A DNA stretch of 64,000 nucleotides from Patescibacteria group bacterium (lineage in GTDB: Bacteria; Patescibacteriota; Patescibacteriia; Patescibacteriales; UBA12465), in assembly GCA_022710685.1 (NCBI GenBank), contig JAKLGM010000002.1, forward strand, positions 1,701 to 65,700. The letters are read 5' to 3'. Numbering within the stretch: position 1 is the stretch's first letter; every line of letters begins with the position of its first letter. The notes under the pieces are model-generated. The model was not told the origin of the DNA, made no database searches, and saw only the letters and a list, made by a program, of their open reading frames with translations. A program made the position numbers and the translations under genes. This document shows, piece by piece, positions 35,418-44,655 of this stretch.

Positions 35418-36941
35418 ATGCAAAAAGGAATAATCTATTACCGAGTTTCAACCGAAGACCAAGCTCAAACTGGCGTTAGCTTGGAACAGCAGAAAAACGC
35501 CTGTCTTGATTATGCTCAAAAAAATGATATTGAAATATTAAAATTATTTCACGATGACGGAGTGTCCGCTAAAACCACTAAAAGGGCGGGGCTCCAAGAG
35601 TTGCTGGCGTATTGTAAAAAGAATCATAAAGAAGTTGATTGTCTGATAGTTTATAAAATTGATAGGTTGTCGAGAAATGTTAAAGACTACGCCACGCTAT
35701 TAATGGCACTAGGCGAATTTAACATTAAATTTATTTCCACCACTGAGACCGTCAATGAAACATCAAGCGGAAAACTTATCGGTACGATTATGGCCTCGTT
35801 CGCTCAATTTGATAATGATGTTAGGAGCGAAAGAGTGTCGGTCTGTATGCTCGAAAAGGCTAAGCAGGGAATCTGGTGCTTCAAAGCCCCATTCGGTTAT
35901 CTAAACGCTCGAGACGGGCAAAATAGAGCCATTATAACCGTGGATAAGGAGCGTATGCCAGTTATTAAAATGGCCTTTGAAAAGTTTGCCACGGGATTAT
36001 ATAAAATGGAGGAAATTAGAAAAATGATGATTAAAGCTGGTTTTAAAACATGGCGAGATAAAGAGCTAAATATTCAAAGTTTATCCCGTTTATTATCGGA
36101 AAAGTTCTATATCGGCATTATGACGATTAAAGGCCAAGAATATCAAGGCACGCATGAATTATTTATTGATGAAAATACATATTACAAATGCCAAAAATTA
36201 ATCCGCACTTCTAAGCGAGGTGATAATATTGCTTTTAAACGCACTAACGAAATGTTTCCGTTAAGAAATTTTATTTTATGTCCTCATTGTCATCGCCCTT
36301 TTACCGCCTACTTATCTAAAAATCGCCAAGGCAAATATTATCCGTATTATAAATGCTATAACAAGGACTGTCACAATTTTAAATCTGTCGCCAAAGATAG
36401 GCTGGAAAATCAGTTCAGCAATTATATCAAAGAAATATCGCCTGATCCTGATTTTGCTAAAGCCTATCAAAAAATTGTGGTTGAGGAATGGGAAAAGGGA
36501 CTGCAAAATTATAAGGGTAGTATTGTTAATCTCAAGAATGAATTAGATAAACTAGAAATAGAGAAGTCTAAATTAATTGAAATGAAGAAAAAGGATTTGC
36601 TTGACGATGAGGACTTTAAAGAAGAAATGTATAAAGTAAAGATTAAAATAGCCGAAAAGCAGTCTATCCCAGCCGAGAGTATAGCTGATAATTTTGATGT
36701 TAAAAAAGAATCCAAAAAAGTTTTTGATATTATCCCCGACCTCAATAAATTCTATAATGGTCTCGGCTATTACGACAAGCTGAAATTACAGGGTTTGATT
36801 TTTCCTGAAAAGGTCTATTTTGATTTTTCCGAAAGTCGAACCCCTAAATTGTCGCTAATATTACAAACCAAAAGAGAGCTGGCAACTGCCAGCTCCCCGA
36901 AAGTAGCCTCTAGGGGAATCGAACCCCTGTTACATGGTTGA
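35418..36941 (+). CDS. Large serine recombinase (resolvase domain + recombinase domain + zinc ribbon + coiled coil)
   Basis: The ATG at 35418 gives MQKGIIYYRVSTEDQ, with the catalytic Ser in YRVST. Other features are VYKIDRLSRN, the zinc ribbon CPHCHRPF...YYKCYNKDC, and a Lys/Glu-rich coiled coil. The last 38 nt overlap tRNA-Glu. Confidence 0.88.
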   Translation: MQKGIIYYRVSTEDQAQTGVSLEQQKNACLDYAQKNDIEILKLFHDDGVSAKTTKRAGLQELLAYCKKNHKEVDCLIVYKIDRLSRNVKDYATLLMALGEFNIKFISTTETVNETSSGKLIGTIMASFAQFDNDVRSERVSVCMLEKAKQGIWCFKAPFGYLNARDGQNRAIITVDKERMPVIKMAFEKFATGLYKMEEIRKMMIKAGFKTWRDKELNIQSLSRLLSEKFYIGIMTIKGQEYQGTHELFIDENTYYKCQKLIRTSKRGDNIAFKRTNEMFPLRNFILCPHCHRPFTAYLSKNRQGKYYPYYKCYNKDCHNFKSVAKDRLENQFSNYIKEISPDPDFAKAYQKIVVEEWEKGLQNYKGSIVNLKNELDKLEIEKSKLIEMKKKDLLDDEDFKEEMYKVKIKIAEKQSIPAESIADNFDVKKESKKVFDIIPDLNKFYNGLGYYDKLKLQGLIFPEKVYFDFSESRTPKLSLILQTKRELATASSPKVASRGIEPLLHG

Positions 36942-36975
36942 GAACCATGTGTCCTAACCGTTAGACGAAGAGGCC
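36904..36975 (-). tRNA. tRNA-Glu (anticodon CTC)
   Basis: The reverse complement folds as GGCCTCT-TC-GTCT..GGAC-A-CATGG-TTCTCAA-CCATG-TAAC-AGGGG-TTCGATT-CCCCT-AGAGGCT-A. The cloverleaf is fine except for a G1-U72 terminal wobble. Confidence 0.85.
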
Positions 36976-36982
36976 ATGATGA

Positions 36983-37945
36983 TTATTTCAGGACATTGCC
37001 GATGATGCTTTCGTTGCCGCGCAGGAAGGAATCAACTTCCATTACTTTCTTGCCTTCGAGTTGTAATTTTATAACAACTAAGGCGTTTTGTCCACATTGG
37101 ACAGCCAAAGCGCTTTCATAAAGGAAAAGCTGGCCAATCTTGTATTTATTGATTTTGAGCGGTTGGGGCCGCACCGCCAATATCTTAAACAAAACTCTGT
37201 TAATTTTCAAGTCCTCGTCGCTCAGGTAGCTATAGGCGCCAGGCCAGGGGTTATAGGCTCGAATCATCCTTTCTATTTCGATCGCATCTTTGCGCCAATT
37301 AATGTGTCCGTCTTCTTTCTTTATCATTTTGACATAGCTGGCTTCGGTTTCTTTTTGTTTCTCTGGCTTAATCCAGCCCCTGGTATATCGTCCTAGAGTT
37401 TTGATTAACAAACCGGCCCCCAAGGCAGCTAACTTGTCGTGCAGGGAAGAAGCGGTTTCGTCTTTGGCTAATTTAATTTTTTTCCGGGCTAATATTGGTC
37501 CGGTGTCTAGGCCAGCATCCATTTTCATGATAGTAACGCCGCTATATTTGTCGCCGTTTAGAATCGGCGCCTGTAAGCAAGCCGCACCGCGGTATTTGGG
37601 CAGGAGTGAGCCATGGACATTAATGCAGCCGTAGGTTGGGATTTCTAATATTGATTGGGGTATGATTTGACCATAGGCGGCGACTACAATTAATTCTGGC
37701 TTTAATTCTTTTATCAAAGCAACCTCAGTCCGGATTTTTTCCGGCTGGTAGACTGGAGTATTATTCTGTTTCGCTAGTTGCTTGATGGGAGGTTCGGTCA
37801 GGATTTGCTGGCGGCCGACTTTCTTGTCTGGTTGGCTGATAACTGCCACAACATCAAAACGGTCGCTTCCAAGAAGCGCCGCCAAGCATTGGGCTCCAAA
37901 TTCCGGAGTGCCCATGAATATAGTTCTAATTTTTTTTGCTGCCAT
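36983..37945 (-). CDS. fmt: Methionyl-tRNA formyltransferase
   Basis: From the ATG at 37945: MAAKKIRTIFMGTPEFGAQCL, INVHGSLLPKYRGAAC, and a C-terminal Fmt domain. The track N-terminal extension overlaps def and is rejected. Confidence 0.9.
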   Translation of the reverse strand: MAAKKIRTIFMGTPEFGAQCLAALLGSDRFDVVAVISQPDKKVGRQQILTEPPIKQLAKQNNTPVYQPEKIRTEVALIKELKPELIVVAAYGQIIPQSILEIPTYGCINVHGSLLPKYRGAACLQAPILNGDKYSGVTIMKMDAGLDTGPILARKKIKLAKDETASSLHDKLAALGAGLLIKTLGRYTRGWIKPEKQKETEASYVKMIKKEDGHINWRKDAIEIERMIRAYNPWPGAYSYLSDEDLKINRVLFKILAVRPQPLKINKYKIGQLFLYESALAVQCGQNALVVIKLQLEGKKVMEVDSFLRGNESIIGNVLK

Positions 37946-38414
37946 AGAGTTTGTCAATAAAGAGGACGCCGTCCAAATGGTCGGTTTCGTGCTGGATGAT
38001 GCGAGCCAGGATTTCTTTGGCTGCCACTTTCTGTTTTTTGCCTTTGGTATCCAGATAGACGCATTGGATATTCTTGTGCCTTTCCACATTGCCAAAGATG
38101 ATATGGCCGTTTTTGTCTAAAACCGACAAACAGCCTTCTTCATCCACGGCCTTGGCCCAGGATTTTTTGGTAATCTGGGGATTGATCATGATAAAGGTTT
38201 TTTCTAGATCTTGGTCGCGCAGGACTACCAAGCGGAGATTTTGCCCGATTTGGGGCGCGGCTAGACCGGCGCCGTCTTTAGCGAGCATAGTTTTTTCCAT
38301 ATCAGAAATCAACCGCTGGATTTCAGGCGATTCAATCTCGTCCGGGTGGAGCGGTCGCGACATTTTCCTTAATATTGGATTGGGATGGTTGAGGATAGGG
38401 AGAATTTTAGCCAT
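37926..38414 (-). CDS. def: Peptide deformylase
   Basis: GAGLAAPQIG, EGCLS and HETDHLDG motifs; 162 aa. Confidence 0.93.
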   Translation of the reverse strand: MAKILPILNHPNPILRKMSRPLHPDEIESPEIQRLISDMEKTMLAKDGAGLAAPQIGQNLRLVVLRDQDLEKTFIMINPQITKKSWAKAVDEEGCLSVLDKNGHIIFGNVERHKNIQCVYLDTKGKKQKVAAKEILARIIQHETDHLDGVLFIDKLYGSKKN

Positions 38415-38418
38415 ATGA

Positions 38419-38706
38419 TTATTTTTCGGCTTCGGTTTTTTTAGTTTCAGCTTGCAGCTTGTCGAAGCTGTCTATTACTTTGAAAAAATATTGCCATTTA
38501 GATCCGCCCTTGCAGAGCTCCTTGGTCTCGTTCATGGCTTTTTCAACAGTATATTTATGATGATCACGGCAAACCTTGAATAGGGCCGAGCGCTTAAAAT
38601 CCGGGATGGACAATTCTTTCACAACTCTCAGGGCTAAGTCTTGCCATTCATAGGCCGGCGGTTTGACGGTTCGGCGGTTTTTTAGGAGGTCAGCTAGGTT
38701 GTCCAT
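38419..38706 (-). CDS. Hypothetical protein
   Basis: 95-aa ORF tightly packed upstream of def. I recognise no family. Confidence 0.5.
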   Translation of the reverse strand: MDNLADLLKNRRTVKPPAYEWQDLALRVVKELSIPDFKRSALFKVCRDHHKYTVEKAMNETKELCKGGSKWQYFFKVIDSFDKLQAETKKTEAEK

Positions 38707-38714
38707 ATGTTTTT

Positions 38715-39512
38715 CTATTCATTAATATTCAGAGCTAGAGTCAGATAGCCGACACCTAAATCACCTTGGTAGGCTAGAACCTGAGGCTCATATTCTAAGC
38801 CTTCAAAGATCCCTAAAATAACAGTGATAGCCTTGAGGCCGCATTCGCCAGCGTCTTTCACTAGCTTGTCGTCCATTCGCAGGATATTTTCCGCCGCGCT
38901 CTCCGGCTGATTCAAGTATTCAATCACTTTGTTATCAAACTTGGCGCCTTTAGGAGAATAGCCGGCCGGGGAGCTGCGTTTCAAGCGATGAGACAAGTCG
39001 GCTGAGGCTAAAACTGCTATCTTCTTCGGTTGGCTGATGATAAAATCTTTTAGAGTCTGGCCAAAGTCAAAGTGCGCTTGGCGGTTGCCGCTTGAATAGG
39101 AGAGGCTGATAACTTTAATATCTTTTAGGTTTGAGGTCAAGAGATAGAGCGGGATAGCGCTGCCGTAATCTAATTGCTCGGCGCTAGTCATTTGGAGCGG
39201 AAAATCTTTTTTTAGGGCTTCTTTTAGTTCGTGCGCCAGGGCCATATCGCCGGCTATTTGGCTCTTAGTGGCAAAGTCGCCGAAATTTTCAAATGATAGC
39301 TTGAATTCCGGCGCGCTGTTTAAAGCATAGCCGGTTTCGGGCATTATCAGGTGAGGCGAAATTACTATGATTGTTTCTACTCTTTCTTCCAGCAGTTGCT
39401 GGGCTATTTTTTGATAGGCGGCGGTAGTTTTATCCAAAATCAAGCTATTGGCTTTGCCGATAGCCGGAATCAAGATTGGAGAGTGGGGAACAATATAGGA
39501 TGAAGCCAGCAT
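38715..39512 (-). CDS. Class III extradiol dioxygenase (LigB/Memo-like) family protein
   Basis: VPHSPILIP, VISPH and ASADLSHRL form a histidine pattern typical of the LigB-type fold. Confidence 0.5.
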   Translation of the reverse strand: MLASSYIVPHSPILIPAIGKANSLILDKTTAAYQKIAQQLLEERVETIIVISPHLIMPETGYALNSAPEFKLSFENFGDFATKSQIAGDMALAHELKEALKKDFPLQMTSAEQLDYGSAIPLYLLTSNLKDIKVISLSYSSGNRQAHFDFGQTLKDFIISQPKKIAVLASADLSHRLKRSSPAGYSPKGAKFDNKVIEYLNQPESAAENILRMDDKLVKDAGECGLKAITVILGIFEGLEYEPQVLAYQGDLGVGYLTLALNINE

Positions 39513-39513
39513 A

Positions 39514-41010
39514 TTATTGGATGGTTTCTGGCGGCAACTGCATCGCTGATCCTTCTGGATAGAGTGACAAAAGTTGGGGCGAAACTGTAATCACGTTGCT
39601 CCAATTATAACCCAAAGTTTCAAAGGTGGTGCCGGAATTGAAAGGGCGTTTGGTGCCGGAATCTATCAGGTAGACAGCGGCTGATGCCGGAGATTTCAAT
39701 AATTCGCCGTTGCCGAATAGCACTGGCGCGATTTTAGTATATTTGGCCAAGGTCGTTTCCGTAGCCTTAATTATCTTTTTGCCTTTGAATTTAGTGCTGA
39801 GGAATATCCTGTCAACGAGCGGAGCCTTGGTGTTGTCTTGGACAAAATAGACGCCGCCAGTTTTGGTGCTTTGCATTAAGGTGCCGGTGATATTAGTGGA
39901 GGTAGCAGTCAGATTAGTGCCGGCTAAATAACCTTCCAGATCGGCCGCTGGAGCATCGATGACTTCTTCCGGGTTGAAACCGATGGATTTGAAGGCCGCC
40001 TCATTGACTATCAAGCGCTTGTAGTTATCAACTAAGAGATAGGTCTTTTTGTCTTCGTTGGTTTTGATGATAGAGTAGTTGGGGAATTTGATTGGAGTGC
40101 CTTTCTCATAATTATCTAAGACGCTTTTTTCGACGACAATGATTTTCTTTTCGTCAAAGCGGGAAGTCAAAGCCCCACGGGAGAGGAAGGGATGTTTCAT
40201 GCCGCCGTCAATCAGCCAGACGCCGACTTCGCCATTGATGCGCAAGAGGGTGCCATCCGGGTAGACTAATGGATTCTTCGGAAAATATTTTTTCCAGAGC
40301 TTGAAAAAATTGTAGTTGCCATTAAAGACGTGCGGCGTGTAGTTGTAGAGTCCGGCAGTCGCGGTGTTTTCGATGGTAACCTTCATCGGCTCGTTAGTGA
40401 TGACGCCGTAAGGGTTGGTAAAGGTATAGGTACCGCCGGCTTTGTACTTGTATCCTTCCGGGTGGTCCATGTAATAACGGAATTGGAGTGAAGCACTATT
40501 GATTTGTTTGCCAAAGCCTTTGTAATAGGGGTTGCAAGCCCAGTTATCCGGGCAACCATAACCGGTAGCCCAGTCTAACTGGCTTTGTTTTGGTGTCACG
40601 TCGTCTATGAGACTTTGTTCTTTTTGTAATAATACCAGAAGAAATTTAGGGTTAACCGTTGTGACGCGGCGGCACTTTAATTTTTTTTCTTCTTCGGTCG
40701 GCGATTCGCTCAATTCAATATCTTCACAGTCGTAGTTGGCCGTAGCGGCTTCATAGATAATCTCAGCTGCGCTTTTGTTAGCAGTGCCATGGGCGTTCGA
40801 GGTCCGATAATTTGCCAAAAAACCGCCTTGTTTGTTTAAGAAGTTTTGGATTTCCAATAAGCTTAGGCTATTAGTGTTTAGAATCTCAGAATCGCTGATA
40901 ATATTGCCAGGGTTAAATTCCGGGTCAACGGTATTTTGGGCAAAAGTGCTAAGTGGGGCTAGGATTAGGATAAAAGCGGTAATAATAGCGATTTTGTAGG
41001 ATTGATTCAT
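39514..41010 (-). CDS. Hypothetical secreted protein
   Basis: 498 aa with signal peptide MNQSYKIAIITAFILILAPLSTFAQ. I recognise no family. Confidence 0.6.
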   Translation of the reverse strand: MNQSYKIAIITAFILILAPLSTFAQNTVDPEFNPGNIISDSEILNTNSLSLLEIQNFLNKQGGFLANYRTSNAHGTANKSAAEIIYEAATANYDCEDIELSESPTEEEKKLKCRRVTTVNPKFLLVLLQKEQSLIDDVTPKQSQLDWATGYGCPDNWACNPYYKGFGKQINSASLQFRYYMDHPEGYKYKAGGTYTFTNPYGVITNEPMKVTIENTATAGLYNYTPHVFNGNYNFFKLWKKYFPKNPLVYPDGTLLRINGEVGVWLIDGGMKHPFLSRGALTSRFDEKKIIVVEKSVLDNYEKGTPIKFPNYSIIKTNEDKKTYLLVDNYKRLIVNEAAFKSIGFNPEEVIDAPAADLEGYLAGTNLTATSTNITGTLMQSTKTGGVYFVQDNTKAPLVDRIFLSTKFKGKKIIKATETTLAKYTKIAPVLFGNGELLKSPASAAVYLIDSGTKRPFNSGTTFETLGYNWSNVITVSPQLLSLYPEGSAMQLPPETIQ

Positions 41011-41076
41011 ATTCTTTGGTCTAATTAATTTTTTACCCTTTCATTATAATATATTTTGCTGATTTTGGGAAAGACA

Positions 41077-41110
41077 GAAAAAACGCCCCTTATTAGCGGA
41101 GGCGTTTTTT
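41077..41110 (-). terminator. Intrinsic terminator downstream of clpB
   Basis: aaaaaacgcccc-ttattagc-ggaggcgtttttt, with A and T runs on both sides. Confidence 0.75.
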
Positions 41111-41117
41111 CAAGATA

Positions 41118-43766
41118 TTATTTGACGTTCATAATAACCTCATCTTTCAATCCGATATCAATTGCGACTTTGTCGCCGTCGTTGATCTTGCCTTCGACGA
41201 TATTGAGAGCCAGTTCATCCAGAATCATGTTTTGGATAATGCGTTTGAGCGGTCGGGCGCCGAAAGTGATATCATAGCCTTTTTCGGCCAGCATCTTTTT
41301 TACCTTCTGGCTGATCCTGAGGCTGATATTGCGGTTGAGCAGACGGTTTTCTACTTTCTCTAACTCCAGGTCAACAATGTTGACTAAAGCTTCTTTGCTC
41401 AAGCTCTTGAAGAGGACAATCTCATCGATGCGATTAAGAAATTCTAGCTTGAAGTATTCTCGCAGAATCTTGTCAATTTTGGCGCGCATTTCGCCGCTGT
41501 GGGCTTTGTCCGCTTGGGCTTGATCGGTGGAATCGCTGAAGCCGATGGAATATTGCTTGATGATCTCATTACCCAAGTTAGAGGTCATGATAATGATGGT
41601 GTTTTTGAAGTTGACGACTCGGCCCTTGGAATCAGTCAAACGGCCATCGTCTAATATTTGGAGCAGCATATTGAAAGTTTCCGGATGAGCTTTTTCAATT
41701 TCATCGAAGAGGACGACGCTATAGGGGCGGCGGCGGATCTTTTCCGTTAATTGGCCGCCTTCGTCGTGGCCGATATAGCCTGGAGGGGAACCAATCATCT
41801 TGGCGACGCTATGTTTTTCCATAAATTCGCTCATATCCAATCGGACTAGGGCGTTTTCATCGTTAAACATAAAGCGGGCTAGGGCTTTGGCTAATTCGGT
41901 TTTGCCGACTCCGGTCGGACCGACGAAAAGGAAAGATCCGATCGGTTTCTTCTCTTCATTGATGCCGGCGCGGCTGCGGCGTAGGGCATTAGCGACAGCG
42001 TGGATAGCTTCATTCTGGCCGACTACCGCCTGGATCAGTTCGGTTTCGGCATTGGCTAGTTTTTTGATTTCGCTTTCCAACATTTTTTGGACTGGAATTC
42101 CGGTCCAGCGGGAAACAACACGGGCGATATCTTCTTCGTCCACTTCTTCCTTCAAGATACGTTGGCCTTTTTTCTGAATTTTGACTAATTCACCCTCTTG
42201 ATCTTTGATGGCTTTTTCTAGTTTCGGTATCAAGTCATATTTAATCTGCGCGACCTTAGTTAGGTCATCGCCGCGCCGCTGGATGATCTCAGCGTTAGCT
42301 TTTAGTTCATCGATTTTCTTTTTGCTGTCGCGGATTTGGGAAATGATGTTCTTTTCATTCTGCCAATGGAGTTCCAGCTGGTTGGCTTTTTCTTTGAGTT
42401 CGCCTAATTGTTTGTTGATGTTTTTGATTTTAGCGGCGTCATCTTTGGTATTAGTCTTGTTGGATGACAGGCCGGCCTTGACGATTTCCAGGCGCTTGAT
42501 CTCGCGTTTCAGGTTGTCCAGTTCTTCCGGCATAGAATCTATCTCCATGCGCAGGGAAGAGGTGGCTTCATCAATCAAGTCTACTGCTTTGTCCGGCAGG
42601 AAGCGATCGCTGATATAGCGGGTAGAAAGCTGGGCCGCGGCCACAATGGCATTGTCGGTAATCCGGACACCATGATGGACTTCGTATTTTTCTTTGATGC
42701 CGCGTAAAATTGCTACGGTGTCTTCAATGCTCGGCTCCAGGACGTAAATGGGTTGGAAGCGGCGTTCCAGCGCTTGGTCGCGTTCAATGTATTTCTGATA
42801 TTCTTTAGTGGTGGTGGCGCCGATGGTGCGCAATTCGCCTCGGGCCAAGACCGGTTTTAACATGTTAGAGGCATCAATGGAGCCTTCGGAAGCGCCGGCG
42901 CCGACTAGAGTATGGAGCTCATCGATGAAGAGGATTATCTTGTCGCCTTGCGATTTAATTTCTTTCAGGACGGCCTTCAGACGTTCTTCAAATTCGCCGC
43001 GGAACTTGGCGCCAGCCACGAGGGAGCCTAAATCCAAAGAAACAATTTCTTTATTTTTCAGCATCTCCGGCACATCGCCAGCCACAATGCGTTGGGCCAA
43101 GCCTTCAACTATGGCGGTCTTGCCGGTTCCGGCTTCGCCGATTAACACCGGGTTATTCTTGGTGCGGCGCAAGAGAACTTGCATGATGCGCCGGATTTCC
43201 ATGTCGCGGCCGATAACCGGGTCAAGTTTTTCTTCTCGAGCTTTATCAGTTAGATTGGTAGTATATTTTTCTAAAACTTTGAATTTAGTGTCCGGATCCG
43301 GGTCGGTAATCGGATTCTGGCCGCGCAATTCTTGCAGGACCTCTTTGACTTTCTGGTAGTCCAGCTTGAAATTTAACAGAATTTTTTGGGCCATGGTCGG
43401 GACGCCGATGAGAGCTAGGAGAATATGCTCGGTGGAAATATATTCATCGCCCATGCCATCGGCTTCTTTCTTGGATCTTTCCAAAACTAAAGCCACATCG
43501 CTCGTGCCTTGGACCGCTTGGACCGGTCCGGCGCTGGGAGTGGTTTTTACTTTGGGTAATTTATTTATTTCTTTGATAGTGAAGTCTTCAATAATATCCG
43601 GATCGATTTTCATCTTCTCCAGTATCGGCTTGATCAGGCTTTCATTCTGTTGCAAGAGAGCCAAGAGCAAGTGCAGGGCTTCGATATATTGCTGGCCGAA
43701 GTCCTGGGCGATGATTTGAGAGTTGATGATGGCTTCTTGGGATTTATTGGTAAATTTGTTGAACAT
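41118..43766 (-). CDS. clpB: Chaperone disaggregase ClpB
   Basis: 882 aa with a Clp-N domain, two AAA+ modules ([24 protein letters not shown]) and a long coiled-coil middle domain. Confidence 0.93.
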   Translation of the reverse strand: MFNKFTNKSQEAIINSQIIAQDFGQQYIEALHLLLALLQQNESLIKPILEKMKIDPDIIEDFTIKEINKLPKVKTTPSAGPVQAVQGTSDVALVLERSKKEADGMGDEYISTEHILLALIGVPTMAQKILLNFKLDYQKVKEVLQELRGQNPITDPDPDTKFKVLEKYTTNLTDKAREEKLDPVIGRDMEIRRIMQVLLRRTKNNPVLIGEAGTGKTAIVEGLAQRIVAGDVPEMLKNKEIVSLDLGSLVAGAKFRGEFEERLKAVLKEIKSQGDKIILFIDELHTLVGAGASEGSIDASNMLKPVLARGELRTIGATTTKEYQKYIERDQALERRFQPIYVLEPSIEDTVAILRGIKEKYEVHHGVRITDNAIVAAAQLSTRYISDRFLPDKAVDLIDEATSSLRMEIDSMPEELDNLKREIKRLEIVKAGLSSNKTNTKDDAAKIKNINKQLGELKEKANQLELHWQNEKNIISQIRDSKKKIDELKANAEIIQRRGDDLTKVAQIKYDLIPKLEKAIKDQEGELVKIQKKGQRILKEEVDEEDIARVVSRWTGIPVQKMLESEIKKLANAETELIQAVVGQNEAIHAVANALRRSRAGINEEKKPIGSFLFVGPTGVGKTELAKALARFMFNDENALVRLDMSEFMEKHSVAKMIGSPPGYIGHDEGGQLTEKIRRRPYSVVLFDEIEKAHPETFNMLLQILDDGRLTDSKGRVVNFKNTIIIMTSNLGNEIIKQYSIGFSDSTDQAQADKAHSGEMRAKIDKILREYFKLEFLNRIDEIVLFKSLSKEALVNIVDLELEKVENRLLNRNISLRISQKVKKMLAEKGYDITFGARPLKRIIQNMILDELALNIVEGKINDGDKVAIDIGLKDEVIMNVK

Positions 43767-43788
43767 ATGTTAATAGGGTTAGTTCTTA

Positions 43789-43815
43789 TTAGCACTCATA
43801 TGCTTAGAGTGCTAA
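43789..43815. promoter_or_regulatory. CIRCE operator (HrcA binding site)
   Basis: ttagcactc-N9-gagtgctaa is a perfect match to the CIRCE consensus TTAGCACTC-N9-GAGTGCTAA. It lies immediately downstream of the clpB -10 box. Confidence 0.88.
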
Positions 43816-43819
43816 TATC

Positions 43820-43848
43820 AATATAATATATCCGCCTGGCGGTGTCAA
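43820..43848 (-). promoter_or_regulatory. clpB promoter
   Basis: On the minus strand: ttgaca (43848-43843), 17-nt spacer, tatatt (43825-43820). Confidence 0.65.
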
Positions 43849-43850
43849 GG

Positions 43851-43880
43851 AAAATAAAAAGCGGGATATTGCTATCCCGC
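43851..43880 (-). terminator. Intrinsic terminator downstream of ORF 43895-44122
   Basis: gcgggata-ttgc-tatcccgc with a T run on the minus strand. Confidence 0.7.
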
Positions 43881-43894
43881 TGGGTTATACTTAC

Positions 43895-44122
43895 TTAGTC
43901 TTTCTTGATATCGTGTTCATCTTCTTGGGCGACGAGCTCAGTAATCTCTTCCCAAAGCTTGTTTAGGTCTTTAATTTTGGCTTGGAGAGCCGTTTTGAGC
44001 TCACCCTCCGGCATCTGATCCAGAAGGTTGTCTATATCGGATTGAATTTTTTCAGCTTGCATGATCTTCTCGTTTATAATGTCTTGTTTGCTTTTCGGTA
44101 ATTCGGGTGTTTCAAATCCCAT
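43895..44122 (-). CDS. Hypothetical small acidic coiled-coil protein
   Basis: 75-aa ORF with its own terminator. Confidence 0.5.
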   Translation of the reverse strand: MGFETPELPKSKQDIINEKIMQAEKIQSDIDNLLDQMPEGELKTALQAKIKDLNKLWEEITELVAQEDEHDIKKD

Positions 44123-44288
44123 ATTATTTTTTGGAGCTAAATATTAGCGTTTAATACTTAGCTTTGATTTATTAATTATAAGGTAATAATATCACATTTT
44201 TTTAATTTTGTCAATATCTTTGGTTTTTATTCCTTTTTATGCTATTATTAATATATTCTAAGCTATTTAGCCGCTTTTGTCTAATTAT

Positions 44289-44654
44289 ATGAATAGCAGC
44301 CATTTTTTGATTTATCTCCCTAAAATTATCCTGCAAATCATCCGGGATTTTTTGTATTTTCCCCTGTGGTGGTATAGCGTCGGCTTGTGGCGCACCTTGA
44401 TCCACGTCGTTAATTTTTGGAGCGAGCGCCAGATTAATTTAGGCTTAGCGGTTTGGGCCAAGAATCTTTTTACGCCGATGTACGGCCAGCAAGATTTTAT
44501 GGGGAAGTTTATCAGCTTCTTCATCCGCCTGATTCAGATTATCGTCCGCAGTATCTTTATGCTTTTCTGGTTGATTGTCGGCTTGGTTTGGTTAGTATTC
44601 TGGATTGCTTTACCTCCGCTTACTATCGGCGGCATCATTTATCAATTGCTCTAA
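44289..44654 (+). CDS. Hypothetical small membrane protein
   Basis: Hydrophobic helices (FFIRLIQIIVRSIFMLFWLIVGLVWLVFWIALPPL). The stop lies 1 nt before the next start. The start is the ATG at 44289 or the TTG at 44277. Confidence 0.55.
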   Translation: MNSSHFLIYLPKIILQIIRDFLYFPLWWYSVGLWRTLIHVVNFWSERQINLGLAVWAKNLFTPMYGQQDFMGKFISFFIRLIQIIVRSIFMLFWLIVGLVWLVFWIALPPLTIGGIIYQLL

Positions 44655-44655
44655 T

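Larger units (their letters stand above)
31610..36941. mobile_element. Putative integrated element / AT-rich island (avd-TR-RT, Rep, serine recombinase) abutting tRNA-Glu
   Basis: The block is visibly AT-richer than its flanks (not computed). It contains RT, a Y2 HUH Rep and a large serine recombinase. The right end runs into a tRNA gene. The left boundary is undefined. Confidence 0.4.

Noticed and set aside
34218-36941. An intact Microviridae-like prophage.
   Set aside because: Only a phiX174-type Rep motif set is present. There are no major capsid, pilot or scaffold-sized ORFs. A non-viral rolling-circle element or a remnant is more likely.
37946-38095. The N-terminal 50-aa extension of the fmt ORF.
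   Set aside because: It overlaps the def coding region in another frame. The conserved Fmt N-terminus (IRTIFMGTPEF) begins right after the ATG at 37945.
41800-43719. Several 117-183-aa plus-strand ORFs (41800-42177, 42205-42618, 42808-43359, 43366-43719).
   Set aside because: They lie entirely antisense within clpB. Their Ser/Arg/Leu-rich, low-complexity translations are typical of shadow ORFs.
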